From Octopus sinensis (lineage: Eukaryota): DNA of 64,000 nucleotides. The stretch is from the NCBI RefSeq assembly GCF_006345805.1, contig NC_042998.1:59892001-59956000 (forward strand). Reading direction: 5' to 3'. The position numbers and the translations under genes were made by a program. Shown piece after piece: positions 21,165 through 35,149 of the stretch; position 1 is the stretch's first letter, and each line of letters begins with the position of its first letter. The notes below the pieces were generated by a model. It worked only from the letters and a program-made list of their open reading frames with translations, was not told where the DNA came from and made no database searches.

Positions 21165-22745
21165 GTGGGTGCATAGTAGAAAACTTTCTTCCTAACCACA
21201 TGTTTCTGGCTTCAGTCCTATTGCGTGGCAGCTTAGTCTAGAGTACACTGAACTGCAAAAGAAACGTTAGACGAGTGTGACTGGGAAATATGTTTTAGTT
21301 TCATTATGTCACGGATACATCTTGATAATTCTGATAAAGTCAATTTCTTTGATGCACTTTCATCACAGTCGTTTCCACGTGTTCTGGTAGTGAGCGGATC
21401 CAGCACATCGAGATTATAGAGCGTGACATGTTCAATACCGTGTATGCCTTCCCTGGTTGTTCAAAACAGGCATACACTGTCGTTACTTCGAGTGCATAAG
21501 GTGGTTTGCAGAAGCCATTGGCGCCTGTGCCCACATCCTGAGAAAAACTGCCACCAGTTTCACACGAGTTTTCGGTCTTGGAACCACCTGGTTCAGCCGT
21601 CTCTGGATTTCATCCAAACAGGTGTTCAATTGGGTTGAAAACCGGGCTGAGAGCCGGTCACGGCACAGTTCTGACTTGTGCTGATGAAGGAAGTCCATGG
21701 TGAACCTGGCTGTGTGGAGAAGGAACATTGTCCTACTGAAGTACGTGGCTATAGTGACTCTCGGAAAAGAGCACGATGTGAGATCTTGGGATCTTGTCGA
21801 CGTAACGCTGTGCTGTGATACCATTCCCTCTGCTTGCACTAACATTTTAAAACACATGGAACCTAGTTCTCCGATTTAGGCCTACAGTACCCCAAACCAT
21901 GATATTTTGGCCACCCCACGTGTCTTTCTCCATGACACATGCGTCTCTGTAGCATTCACCCATCCTACGCCACCCTCTCACTCTGCCATCCGAGGTGGAA
22001 ACGCAGTACCGGCTATCGTCAGAGACAACTATCGACCTCCATTGTTGATGCCGCTGATGTCGTGCTGTGTAGACCGCTGCAGTCGTGCCTGACAGTGGCA
22101 GGCGGTGAGGGCAGGCTCTCGAGAAGGATGACAGCAACACAGGTCGTTGGCGGTCAGTCGACGTCGTACCGTATCGACAATGATGGGTCGCTGTCCTGTG
22201 CGGAATGCGGTTCAAGTTGATTTTTATACCCATAACCTCCATGAGATGCCCGTGCATTTCGGTTTTCATGACAATAGTTTGTTACACAGCATTCAACGCA
22301 GCTTTGTTTTGGCGTTTCCTTTCAGAGAACGTTGAAATTTTACCTGAAATTTAGGTCTCAGCGATAAACCAACATATATCGGAATATTTACACTTACATC
22401 TCCGAAATAAATTTTCGGAAGTTATCATATAAAAATGACATTTGAAAAAATGGCGTTTCTTTTGTGGTTCAGTGTAGGTTACGATATCCTCGGGCCGGCC
22501 AAAGTCTTATGAGTGAATTTGTCCGCCGTACCCCCATCATCGTGCTTGTCTTCCCTATCACCGCTTGACAAATGTTGGTGTGTTGATGTGTTAACTTCCG
22601 CAAAACTTAAAGGTACATCGATAAAGACCGTGAGAATAACTGCTAAACAGAAAAATATCCTGAGGTCGATCTGTTCGCCCAAAAATCCTTCAAGGCGATG
22701 CCCTAGCATGGTTGCAGTCATTTGATTGAAGCATATACAAGATTA
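21165..22745 (+). mobile_element. family B SINE split by a Tc1 insertion
   Basis: The head 'aaccacatgtttctggcttcagtcctattgcgtggcagctt' precedes 21245, and the body 'atcctcgggccggccaaagtcttatgagtgaatttg...' follows 22475. Confidence 0.7.
21246..22474 (-). mobile_element. Tc1-like DNA transposon remnant with both TIRs
   Basis: TIRs CACTGAAC(TG/CA)CAAAAGAAACG at both ends, with TA at 21244-21245 and 22475-22476. Transposase motifs 'VVSDDSRYC', 'GRVRGWRRMGE.Y.DACV', 'GGQNIMVWG' and 'HTARFTMDFL' are present. Confidence 0.92.
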
Positions 22746-22767
22746 ATATGATGTATGTGTGTGTATA

Positions 22768-22812
<45 letters not shown>

Positions 22813-22884
22813 TGTGTGTGTGTGTGTGTGTAATGACATATATGAATGTCTACATATGTATACGTATATATAGATATATGTGTG

Positions 22885-23690
22885 TATTCTTTCCGGCCAC
22901 GATATGGTTCTCTATAATTTGATTCTGGCAACCAAAATGACGCAGAACGATTTGGCTCCAACACACCGTTTTGGCATAATGCCTCTGCACAACGCTAACT
23001 GGAGGAGAATCACCTACCGTATTTCAATCCATGATTGGTCTGTCCTTCGTTCTATGGTCTTTCACTCACTCTCTCGCCCCAAGCAGCATCAATATATCCT
23101 GGCAGCTATTTGTGGACATATTCATAAATATATATCCATATCATACTCCACTACCGTCGATGAGCAAAAGAAAGCTCAGGCCCCCACGCAAGAGAAGAGC
23201 ATGTATAAAAAAAATAGAAAAGATTAATTGAAAAAATCAACCTATCTAAAATATTGCCACATACAACTCTCGCACTTGACAAATATAGCTTTACTGGAAT
23301 CAAGAAAAAATCATCTTCAACTGTGCAGGAAGAGTATCACAGAAAATCAAATAACTACAGAAAAAAAGTGGAGCATTGCGAAGGTAAAAGTGAATCTCAA
23401 CATGTCCTTCGTATTCGGCAAAAGTATAAGGTCGCTGCCTCATGCGTTGGATCTCTGCATAATGGTACAGAAGACATAGTTGTGATTCTGCTGAAGCAAT
23501 ACTGCTCTGCTTTCAGTAACCCCAACATGGTTAATCCCAACAGCATCGGTGAAGCAAACACCCAGCACATCCTATCCCATATACTATATGGTGACCTGAA
23601 TATCATAGCAGCTATTAATAAAATAACAAGCAGCTCAGCAGCTAGAGTCCTGAAAGATTGGCAACACCTGCTAACATTTACTTCAGTTCA
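22885..23690 (+). pseudogene. old degraded fragment related to the 10675-15307 LINE (APE end to pre-RT)
   Basis: 'HDMVLYNL', 'LHNANW', 'ALLESRK', 'KWSIAKVK' and 'LLKQYCSAFSNP' match ORF2 of the younger element. Confidence 0.8.
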
Positions 23691-24499
23691 ATTTCCTACC
23701 CCGATATTTTTCACATGTCCTCCTTGTTATCCTCACGAAGCGCCTTTTTAAATGCCGTAGCACCCAACCCCTATTTCGTGGAGGAGTCACCACATTGTCT
23801 CGTTCGTTTAAACTTCCCTACCCCAGTTGTGCGTCATTCAAATGCAATTAAGATTTTATACACCAAACCTTCACTATTAACGTAGATCAAGCGGGAATCT
23901 TTTAATGGGTCCATGCCAATCTATCTCTTTTCACATAAAAATTCTCAAGCAGTACTACTAACAAAATTCCATCGCTTCACATACGTCCTAATCACGATCA
24001 ATACTCAGTAAGAGCTCACATTATCACCCGAAATGCTGGGCCTCACTATCGTTAGGGATATTTTCTGGCACATCCTCTATATAGATAGTTTCATATTAGT
24101 ATCCCATAGGGAATATTGATATGGAACTGGCTATAAAGCGAAACAGTAGTGAAACACTTCACAACCAGAAAATATATCAACGCACAATTCCTGTATGCGT
24201 GTACAAAGAAACGTGAGACGTGAGTCACTGCGACATTAATCCTATTAGGATAGCCCCTTTCCTGAACATAAAATCTGAACATACATAGGATACAAACTCC
24301 ACACCCAGAAGAAATACCTACCAATGACAAACTACCTCAGGACACAAGTATAAGAACACTACATCCTGAACAAAAACAAAATAATGCAAACAAATTGATC
24401 ACACAGCATTTTCCCCAAAAGACAAATTCAAGGGGATCAAACATTCCATCCAAGTGCAACGTCCCCTGAGTCATCGTTTTATTCACGAGAATTCACGAG

Positions 24500-25300
24500 A
24501 ATCTCCGCGAACTAAAAATGGAGGCAACACCTTTCCGTGTGATCAGCTTGAAAAATTGTTAACACTCCAGGATATGTTCCAACTTTTCTTAACATGAAAT
24601 CAATGGTAGCCCTAATTCACAAATAAAGAAATTATATCCAACAATACTATGTTCAGCACTCCCGCCTCCGAAGACATTGTGTCCGTTGTTGATGGCGGTG
24701 CAAAGTCTGCGGTAGCTGTAGATGCCCACAGGGGAGTGGCAGTCACATATACAGTGACTGATTTCTCACGCTGGAGACAAATACTGCGAAAGGGGATGAA
24801 GCGAGGGGAAGAGAAACAGGAACTCGCCACCAAATACAAAGCGCACCCGGCGGACGGAAGGAAAAGCAGTAGCGCCGGCAGAGAGCTCCTTCAACCTTCA
24901 ATATTTGCTGAAAATCTCAGGAGCTTAAGCGAGGCCAGCTATGGATTATTGCTACCACTTTTGAGACGCTTCTGTCTCTGCTGGACCGCTTGCAGAAATA
25001 AAGCCTCCCGACTGAATAGCACTACATCTTCTTTTCCTGCTCATTTATTTGTCATTCATCCGCAGATTTTATCGCGTAGCTTCTACATTTCCTTAAAGTG
25101 AATGACACGGTGTTCACTGCCAATGCATAAGAGCATTAAAAGTTAGCTGTAATACTGAAATATTCTTGTTGATATCCTAATTCTGCTAGTGATTACAGTG
25201 TTGGTTTTATTTCTTGCCGATACCCCTGCAGATCACACTGTTGTTAGTCTCTTAATGACATCAACAACAATTGTTGGAACCTAGACAAGACTGACTTAGC
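24500..25300 (-). pseudogene. possible highly degraded non-LTR RT fragment
   Basis: 'SLA..', 'VLQLTFNAL' and 'LAVN..RKCRSYA' loosely resemble RT motifs 5-7 of RLE-type LINEs, with many stops. Confidence 0.25.
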
Positions 25301-26399
25301 TATAAGAAAAGAAGAGAGTTAACGCCTTCTTGTAATCTTGTCATACAGATAGTAGACTTCAGTGAATCTACTTTGCATCCTTAAGAATAGTTTTATTGAT
25401 CATGTGTTTTTAGACGATGCTGAATTGTGGTCATGTCATCTGCAGAATCTCATGGAAATTTCCAGCGACTTCTCTTTATTATTTTGTTGAATGGCAGACT
25501 ATTTTTAATTAGTGTGTGAACTTATTCGACATGTTGTTCGTAAATTCAACATTCGTTTTATTTCAAATGATAATACTGAGGTATTCGATATTTCTCGCCA
25601 AATCTCTTGAATTATTTTTTTAAGAAAGGCAACGCATTTTAGGCGTGTAATATCATTCCGATCGATCTCTTACTGTCATCTTTTGCTGAAGTAAATACAA
25701 TGCATAACTTTGAATGTACAAAAGTAGAACAGGGTGCGACTACAGTTTGTACTACGTGTTCTTTGCTAACTTGTTAAAATTACGTATTACACTAATTCAT
25801 TACGCACCGATTCATATAAAGTTGTCCTTTCATTTCGTGGATTTGCATCAATTTTTCTGGACGATGCGTTTTGCTTATACTCCAATCTCTTTTCTGTTTA
25901 CTGTAGGCGGCTTCCGCGTGATCCAGTAATGGCGGCAGCCCTGTCTCACTAATATTGCTATTGTTGCATGCATGTATGGTTTGCCTGTCTTTAATTCTCT
26001 TTCGTATTTCCAAGGTGCTGATTTACAGTTGTTGAGATGTCATATAAAAAAAAAGCATTAATTGCGAAAATGAGTTCTTTACCCCACTATATCTTCCGTT
26101 TTCGTTAAGCACAGATTTAATCAACTCGTAATTTTCAAAGGATAGTTTGTTTAAAAAACAAATTCTTTAAGGACACACATCAAGTATTTATGCTACCGTA
26201 CTGCCAGCTCCTAGAAAACATTTTATCGGTGCTGCTGACAGCTTAATAGGGACAATCAGTTTCAGAATATGGTGATTAACAGCCTTAGAGCACCCAATCT
26301 GATTAATAGGTAATACAGGAGTAGCAGGGGCCATGTTAGTTGTTGACGCCATACTGCTGAAGCACTGCTGTTGTTATATTCGCAATTTTTCAATTGTTA

Positions 26400-26980
26400 C
26401 GTTTTTGCAAATAAAATCAAATTCACTAATTTTTAGAAAAATAATTACCAAAATCGATTATTGCTTTGGGATGAAATAATATCTCTTGTTGACGATGTTT
26501 ATTTTGTCGTAAAATTATTTTGTCCTGGGAGAAAGTCATTCCAGTATGATTGTGTTCTTTTTTGTATAGTCGTCAGAGGTATCTCATTTTGTAATTTTTT
26601 AGCAATTAAGCACGTCGTTAATGAGTCAATAATTTCAAGAAAGTTTTTTTATAAATACGATCCTTTCTATAGCAGCAAGTAAAAATATTTTGTTTGCCTT
26701 TTCAGTGACTTGCCTTGAGTTTTCTTCCGTAGAGATGATGTCACTATTTCCAGCCATGTCGTTTGTAGTTGAATATTGCAAGGTAAATTCAACGTTCCGA
26801 CCGATATCTTTACAATTTTAAGTCAAATGCTTCTTCCATGAATATGATCAGAACATGATCTTTTATTTGAGAGGATTGCTACATTTGTACTTGTGGTATT
26901 AACATTCGAAAAGGTATTAACAGTATATCCAATGAATAGAATTCTGCGGTAAATATTCCACTACCTTCGTTGAGTGAATA
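26400..26980 (-). pseudogene. possible RNase H remnant of an I/Nimb-group LINE
   Basis: 'EGSGIFTAEFYSL' resembles (E)ASIFTAELYAI. The rest is heavily decayed. Confidence 0.25.
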
Positions 26981-27579
26981 GGTATATATAATGTACACAT
27001 ATGTGTAGTAGGTATGCATGCATGTATTTATGCGGGCATGTACGAATGTATTAAATCGAAATGGTTTGAAGAAGGAAGAGAAATATAATTCTAAACACAG
27101 AATATTAAAGAAGACTTTTAGTTACAACGAAACATGAATTATCTTAATAGTTCATGAAATGATAGAAATACTTTTAGTCTTTAAAGTTTAGTCTTTAAAG
27201 ATATCTATCGTATCCCTATGAACAAAAATTCACTCCATAAAGGCAGAAAGAGGATTTTTCGTGAATATCTGTGGTGTTGGAACTAAATATAAAATAATTA
27301 TATGCGTATACAGAATTATATACATATATATAGATAGATAGATGGATATAGATAGATGGATAGATAGATGGATAGATACACACATGCACGCACGCACGCA
27401 CGCACACACACACATATATTTATATATATATATATATTGAGTAGAAAAGAATACAAATGAATAGCGTGACTACTGTTTTAGTTCCACGTATCAAAATATA
27501 TCGCAACTGATATGAAGCATAGTCTTATTAAAGTAATTATATCCCTTCATAAACTATTAAGATAATACATGTTTCGTTG

Positions 27580-27629
<50 letters not shown>

Positions 27630-28929
27630 TGTATATAAACGTCCCCGTTACCTAAAAGATCATGTACATTCACAAGCAATAAAGTACTCCTTTTCAAAAA
27701 TACACTACTGCACATTAAAAGAACTTACACATATCCACACTTTCAATGTATTGCCCGCTTTTATTTAGATATAACTGTTCAGTTTAATGCTATCGATTTG
27801 ACTTTACAAATTGCTTTAGGAAACGACATTACTTCGTTTTTGTATAATGATAAAATGTAGACAGAAATTAACGTATATTTAGCTACAACACCTAATTGAC
27901 AATATGTACCGAATGCAATATACTGTACTCTGGTACTACTTAATATTGGTGATAAAATGTAATAGAAAATGAAGCTTGCTTTCTAATTTATTACCCGTTT
28001 GGGGAACAGGCGAACCTAATTAGTCGGGAAACGGAAGCACTACTAGTTTGAAAAGATTCTCATAATTTCTCCGAGTTTATATGTTACGATTCTCTTTAGA
28101 ATGCGACAGTTTTTCCTGCAGTCACCTACTTCACAAGTACGAAGATTATTGACAATTGAAAAGACGACTTTGACGACAGCAGAGACGATGAAGAAAGGGA
28201 AAACTCTATTGATGATAATATAGCTGGAATTTTGATGATGATGATGATGATGGAGGTGGTGGTGGTGGTGGTGGTGATGGTGGTGGTGGTACTGATGATG
28301 AGCACTGTGATAAAAAAAGGATAAAGATGATACTAACGATATTATTAATGTCAAAAATCAGGAGCTACTTAATCTTTTTAATGGCATTTTTTAAAAGAAT
28401 ATGATAGTTTTTCAAGGGTATATATATATATCACTCTAATACTATTGGAAATCGATTCATATTAGAAAGTAATCGTTTAGAGTGATAAACATATTTGTAC
28501 AATATGAGTGACATTTCAATTTTGCAGCAAAGTTTTAAGAGAGCTGGAAAAATACAATAACACTGGGTATATACAGTTGTTTATAAACTTAAAACAGTTC
28601 GACGCAGAAGTCTCTTATTTTTCTTTTTTATATTAAACTGAATTACTAAATTGGATTGCCACATAAAAAAATAGCAGCGAACATGGACAATTGCAAGAAA
28701 TGAAGAAAATTTCTAATGATGATGGTGATGATGACAATGACGATGACAATGATAATGATGATGATGATGGTAATGATGATGACCACCACCACGACAACCA
28801 CAGCCACGACCATTACGGCAATGATAAGGACGACGGGAAAGAGGAGTATCTTGAGAAATATGTCGTCTGAACTGATTTCTTTTCTCACTGCCTTCTTTCA
28901 TTTATACAACTTCCTCACTTTTTCTTTCT

Positions 28930-28973
<44 letters not shown>

Positions 28974-29193
28974 ATATATATATAAATATAGATTCAAGTG
29001 AATATGGTACTTAAGTTAGTTGTACCAGAATTTTGTATTGTGTTATCCATAAACCTCTATTAATGGCTGATGATTGCCCAACATTTTAAAACTGTTGTAA
29101 TACTTACAACATTTGATAAAATGATGTAGCGTGAAACGATCGTACCAAATTACCGAAGTTATTCTTGTTGCTTATTTTGATTATATATGTGTG

Positions 29194-29254
<61 letters not shown>

Positions 29255-30413
29255 GGTGGGGTATGTATGTATGTCTGTAAAACAATCTATTGTTTTCTTT
29301 CTCAGTATATTCCTATATTTCCATATCTCTGTCAGGCTATCAATCCAGAGCTTCATGCCCCAAATCCGAAACGTTAAATCATAATCCTCACACCAAAACT
29401 GGAGGAATCATATACATTGATAGAAGGGGAGGATGGGTAGGGCACAAAATGAATTGCATTTTATTCAGTTTTGCCTTATTGCTGTTTCTCATTGCTACTT
29501 CTTCATCTATCTCTTCAGATATTTTTCATGAGTCAGGGGAAGGTTCCATGCACTGCGCATGAACTAGGAAGCGTGAAATCTCCTCCACATCACTTGAGAA
29601 ATATTAAAACAAAAGCAGAAATAAATTACGAAACAATTATAGTTGAATGCTCTTGTGTAGGTTTTAAATTTCTGACGTTATGGTTATCGGTTTCATTGAT
29701 GATGTTCTTGCTGTGCCGCAGGTCAGGTCTGACTGATTAGTGATATGATATTCAGATAGTGGGGTAAACGTCAAGATGTCTCTTACACAGTCACCATCGC
29801 CAATTCTACCATAAATCATTCTAGCTGGGGATTATAGTGCATATCATAAGATGCGCAGGTAAATCGTTGAATGACCCAGTTTGGACGCGCATCAATTCTA
29901 GTGGTTTCCAAGGAGAATTCCATTAGGCTGCAAGTATTGCTTTCCTCTGTAGTTGTATTAGGTCTTCAGCATACAACTAAACACTTTGAGAATGATGCGG
30001 CTCTTGATGTCGCAGCCTTTTTCTATGTGTATTCGTTTTTTCGTTCAATATATTTTCTCTGGGCAGAGTGGAAGCAACGGAGCGTTTAAGATATTGCTGC
30101 GACTTTATTGCGAGGGGATTGGCTCTGATTTGTCCTGTATGAGTACGCTTTTGTTTACTCTTTTACTTTTTAGTACTTCAGCTTCCCTACGTAGATGGTC
30201 AGAGCGGTGTGATATTTGTACAACCTGAGAAGATGCGTGATACACTATTTTGTATACTTTTTAGTTCATAGCGGGATATTATGAAGAGATTAAAGGATAA
30301 GAAAGCACTAGCATATCAGAAAGATTTTCAGAATTTCTTAAAATAAATTCTTTCTGATTAAATATTAATAGAATTGTGCTCCGAGCCATTATAACCTTTA
30401 GAAACGGATTCTT

Positions 30414-30419
<6 letters not shown>

Positions 30420-30453
<34 letters not shown>

Positions 30454-30604
30454 ATGATAATAATAATAATAATAATAATAATAACTAATAATAATAACAA
30501 CAACAGCAGCAACAACAACAACAACAACAATAATATGAAGACTGCAACCCTGTGAGTAAAATTTTAAAATTTTAATTACATATGCTTTCGTATCTATACA
30601 AGTC

Positions 30605-30649
<45 letters not shown>

Positions 30650-30662
30650 AACATATATATAA

Positions 30663-30700
<38 letters not shown>

Positions 30701-30725
30701 GATGGATGGATGGATGGATAGATAC

Positions 30726-30758
<33 letters not shown>

Positions 30759-30790
30759 TAGAGAGAGAGATAGATAGATGGATAGATATA
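30420..30790. repeat. compound microsatellites (TA, AAT, AAC, CT, GATA, GATG, GACA)
   Basis: Directly visible. Confidence 0.95.
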
Positions 30791-32539
30791 CACATTGGTG
30801 CTTTTTCTCGGTTTCTTGCTTATCTACCAATAATAATCTATATCTATAATATAATATAAAATGGACATGGGCGAGCGTTGTATTCTTTCTTGTCTTGAGG
30901 TTCACAGCCAAACGGTTGGGTGGATTTGCGTGAAAAATGGCACACATATGGAGACGGGTGCATAGGTTGAAATGCAGTTTGTATTTTTCCTAGCCCCCAT
31001 AGTTACCGAGAAAAGCGATTAAAACTTTTCTAATGGAATTCCTCCGCCAACGCACATAACCTCTCTCTCCTTTTCTCTGTCACTCACTCACACATTCACT
31101 CACTAAAACAAGTGAATAACAAAATTTCAGTTAACTCTCTCGGCCATATCGCACGCCCCATCAAACACACACACATACACATACACACGCTCACACACAG
31201 ACATACACACACATACTCTCTCTCTCTCTCACGCATGCACATCAATTTTTCTGCTTCACGCCAACCTCAAAAGAACGTCAGTCATACAATCGCTCTCTCT
31301 CTCTCTATCTATCTCTCTCACTTTCACGTCGACTGCAAAAGATCCCCTTTCCACCTAACCCTATAATACAAACTTAATTTCTTTTCATGGAGAAGGGCTC
31401 CTGACTCCTTTTACTGCAGGCTAAGGAGTAAAAAAAACGAAGATATTTTCACTTCTCCGGGCATTGCTATTACAGACAATATAACAACAATTCGACTCGA
31501 GAGATAAATACAAACCACCTCGTGCTGACTGCAAAAATCCAGCCAAATTAGTCCATTTCATATATCTTCTTTCAATTGCTGCTCTCTGATTACACAGAAG
31601 TCCAATACAATAGTTCTCAGCTACATTTTCTTCTCTACAAATGTGCGTGTCTATTTTTTCTGTAAGCGTATAACAATGAATTCTTCCATATTTCTCTACT
31701 TAGCTTTTTATCTTCACTTTTCTTAAATTGGATAAATCTGCTATTAAGTTGCAGAACTTTGGCAGTGCAGTTCAGAATCATTTCTGCTTTACTTCTTACA
31801 ATTTGCCCGTAAATTCTTACAGCTTAATTTTTTGGTGATGATTGAAATGCCAAACATTTTCTAACTGTTAAAGCAATTCTTAACGTCAACTTCTTAATGC
31901 CTCTTTTATTTTTTTCCTAGCACCCATACTTACCGAGAAAATCTATTAAAACTCCTCATGAAATTCCCCTCTTGGTTCCCCCATTAAAAGAACCAGTTGC
32001 TCACACAGCCGCCATATCACAAGGGGACTACAGGGTGACAGTCAGCCAAAACTTTCCCTCTGCTGTCTCTCTTCTTTCATCTCTTTGTGGGATTAACTTC
32101 ATCTTTAGTTACAGTTTCTCATTCAAATTACATAATATGAATTGTTGCATTAATACATTAGTGTTTTTTTAGGGAAATTTGGCTGGTATTTCTACCAGGT
32201 TTACTACCATGTAGACGTCTGAATTTAATTTTCATTCACAGATTTGCATTTAAAAAAAATTCACCTAATCTTTTCCATAAATCAACTGTTGTAAAAATTC
32301 TCTACCATGGCCTCACATTTTCTATGTATGTGTGTATACCTTCAAAGACGTGATCTGCTTGGAACCGTTCGAATATTCCGGAAAGTGCTCCAAAAATAAG
32401 AGGTGTTACCTTAGTTCACTGGTAGTGAACAGCTGACACCGTAGTACATCTCCAGCGTTAGAAGCTGTGCAAAGTCAAAAACAACAATAATAATAATGAT
32501 GTTGATGATGATGATGACGACGACGAAGAAGATGATGAT

Positions 32540-33700
32540 GATGGAAGTAGTTTGGTATGGTCCTGGAATTCTGACGTGGACAGAGGTGGAGCTAAAGGAG
32601 ATGGGCAGGAATTCAAGAAAGCTCATGACGTTGCATGGAGCCTATCATCCACATACAAACTCTGATCGCCTATGCATGAACAGAGCAAATGGAAGAAGGG
32701 GACTGATAATGTGGAAGAGTGCGTGCGTATCGAACTAGAGAGCTTAATGAGATATCTAGCCCAAATAACGAATCCTTACTAGTGTCAGTTAAGAATGAGA
32801 GAGTATTGAAAGCACAGTAAAAAAGTAAAAACAAAGGAGGAATTACAAAAAGGACACGAAAAAGAATTACGCATCAAGGGACTACACGATCAATTCCATG
32901 TAACTACAACAGAATTTACTGCAATAAATAGGTAGGATTGGTCGAAGAAAGGAACACTGTAAAAAAAGAGATTGAGATCACTATACAGGGAGCCCAAGAC
33001 CAAGCCTTGGCCTCGAACTGGAGGGCCGACTTTAAGAATAAACAAATGTCTCCGATACGCCGCATCTGCAATAATGTGGATGAAACCATTGCTCAAATGA
33101 CAAACGAATACCCTACATTGCCGAAAACTGCTATAAGTTGTGCAGACACGATTAGGCAGCGAATGTGCTACATTGGAAACTGTGCGAAAATCGGGGGCTA
33201 GAGAGAGGCAAAACGTAGTATGAGCACAAGCCTCAAAGAGCGGTGGGGTCGGAGACTAGCAAAATTCTCTGGCATTTCCCAATCCAAACAGATCAGGTGC
33301 AAGAGCATAAGAGACTGCACCAAGTGCTAGACGACAAGATACACCATGTGTGCTATATAGTTGATGTTCTGTGCTCATGTGACCCACAAATAGTCAAGGA
33401 AGAAGGCGAAAAATAGATAAATATAAAACTCTTAAGTACAAAATAGCCCGGCTAATGAAAATGAAGAAGGTGAATTATTGTTGAGTCCTTGAGGATAGTA
33501 CCAGAATGCATCAAGAGGAATATATAGAAAATTGGAATAAATTGCCCAGTAGAACTGATACGAAAGGTTTTCCACCTTGGCACGGCCAGAATAATCAGGG
33601 AAGAATAGTTTTAAAAAACGGAGAGAATCGTACCGTAGGCTGCAGGTAGCAAGCCCGCTACGCATGCAAGACACCAGGAGTTCCCAAAAACTTGTTATAA
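32540..33700 (+). mobile_element. degraded 5'-truncated R4/Dong-like RLE LINE (copy A)
   Basis: 'WYGPGILTWTEVELKEMGRNSRKLMTLHGAYHP', 'GAQDQAL', 'CRICNNVDETIAQ'-like knuckle and 'LKYKIARLMKMKKV'. It starts after (GAT)n/(AAT)n and ends in (TAA)n. Confidence 0.85.
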
Positions 33701-33717
33701 AAAAAATGATAATGATA

Positions 33718-33786
<69 letters not shown>

Positions 33787-33787
<1 letters not shown>

Positions 33788-33859
33788 CTGTTGCCTCTTG
33801 AGGTCTCTGGGTGAGACTTGGAGCCAACTTATACAAATATAAAGCAAAAGTCAAACATA

Positions 33860-33862
<3 letters not shown>
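33787..33862 (+). mobile_element. isolated 3' end of a Dong-like LINE between two (TAA)n tracts
   Basis: 'gaggtctctgggtgagacttgg...aaagtcaaacatag' followed by (AAT)n. It resembles the 3' end at ~62740-62820 (inference). Confidence 0.5.
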
Positions 33863-33925
<63 letters not shown>

Positions 33926-33932
33926 TAATAAG

Positions 33933-34827
33933 CAAAAAATTTGCTATTGATCTCGTGCAGGATACCCAAACTGAACAACCCGAGGGAAGTACGGCAACTA
34001 TTGTTGCAAAGAAGGTGAAAATGATGGCAATGAAAAAAGCGCACGAGCAATTGGCTGATAGGTGGGAGGAGAAACCTCTGCACGGCAAATATGTGACCCG
34101 CAGCAAACAAGCTGATATTGACCAGAAGCAAACCCATCAGTGGCAGCGGAGCTCAGGGCTAAAAGCAGAGAGCGAAGGTTTCATCCTGGCTGCTCAAGAC
34201 CAAAGCCTATTAACCCGGAACTACCAGGCCAATGTGATGAAAAATGGAGCAGACCCAAAATGCCGATTCTGCAACGACATGATTGAAACAGTGGACCACC
34301 TAATCTCTGGATGTAAAGTCTTAGCACCAGTGGAGTATAAATTAAGACATGACAGAGTTGGCCAATATCTCCACTGGCTAATAAGTCGGCATTACAATAT
34401 CAAAACTGCCGACAAGTGGTATAATCATCACCCTGAGGCTGTAACTGAAGGAGAAAATGTAACCATTCTGTGGGACTTTCCAGTACATACAGACCGAACC
34501 ATCAAAGCCAATAAACCAGATATTGTTGTGAAAGACCAAAACAATAAAGTTTGCTTATTGATCGACATGAGCATCCCCTGTGATCATAATATCTCAGCGA
34601 AAGAGTTTGACAAGCTCAGAAAATATAAAGACCTACTCATTGAAATTGAGAAAATGTGGCATCTCAAGGCGGTTACAATACCAGTGATCGTAGCAGCACT
34701 AGGAATGATCAAGAAGGGAACCGAAAATTATATGAGAATGATCCCTGGCTTACCATCCCTGCAAGAAGTGCAAAAGATTGTCTTAACTGGTACATCACAC
34801 GTATTGAGAAGAGCATTGTCGATGTGA
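33933..34827 (+). CDS. R4/Dong-like LINE C-terminus (CCHC knuckle and restriction-like endonuclease), stop-free
   Basis: 'KPLHGKY', 'EGFILAAQDQSL', 'CRFCNDMIETVDHLISGC', 'RHDRV', 'WDFPVHTD..IKANKPDIVVKD', 'IDMSIP' and 'KLRKYKDL'. The 3' UTR runs to ~35000 and ends in (TAA)n. Confidence 0.93.
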
Positions 34828-35055
34828 GAACTGTTGCTGCTCATGTATTTTAATTTTAATTTAACTTAAAAAAAAAAAAAAAGAACGAACTACTGAGTTT
34901 GGTTTAATGGCCTACCAATATACACTATGAGTTTCTTTGCCCTAGGAGTCGGGAAGACACTCGGCAAGAAATGGAAGAAAATTTGAAAGAAGAAAAAAAA
35001 AAGTAATAACAATAATAATAATAATAATGATAATAATGGTTTCAAATTTGTCCAC

Positions 35056-35090
<35 letters not shown>

Positions 35091-35149
35091 TGTATGTATG
35101 TATGTATGTATGTATGTATGTATGTATGTTTGTATGTATGTATGCGTGT

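Noticed and set aside
29449-29562. 37-aa ORF with signal-peptide-like start (MNCILFSFALLLFLIA)
   Set aside because: The hydrophobicity follows from a T/C-rich tract. It is very short, with no recognisable mature peptide or further support.
33811-33932. 5' extension of the 338-aa ORF as genuine coding sequence
   Set aside because: It reads through another element's 3' end and the (ATA)n tract. The LINE-derived part starts at ~33933.
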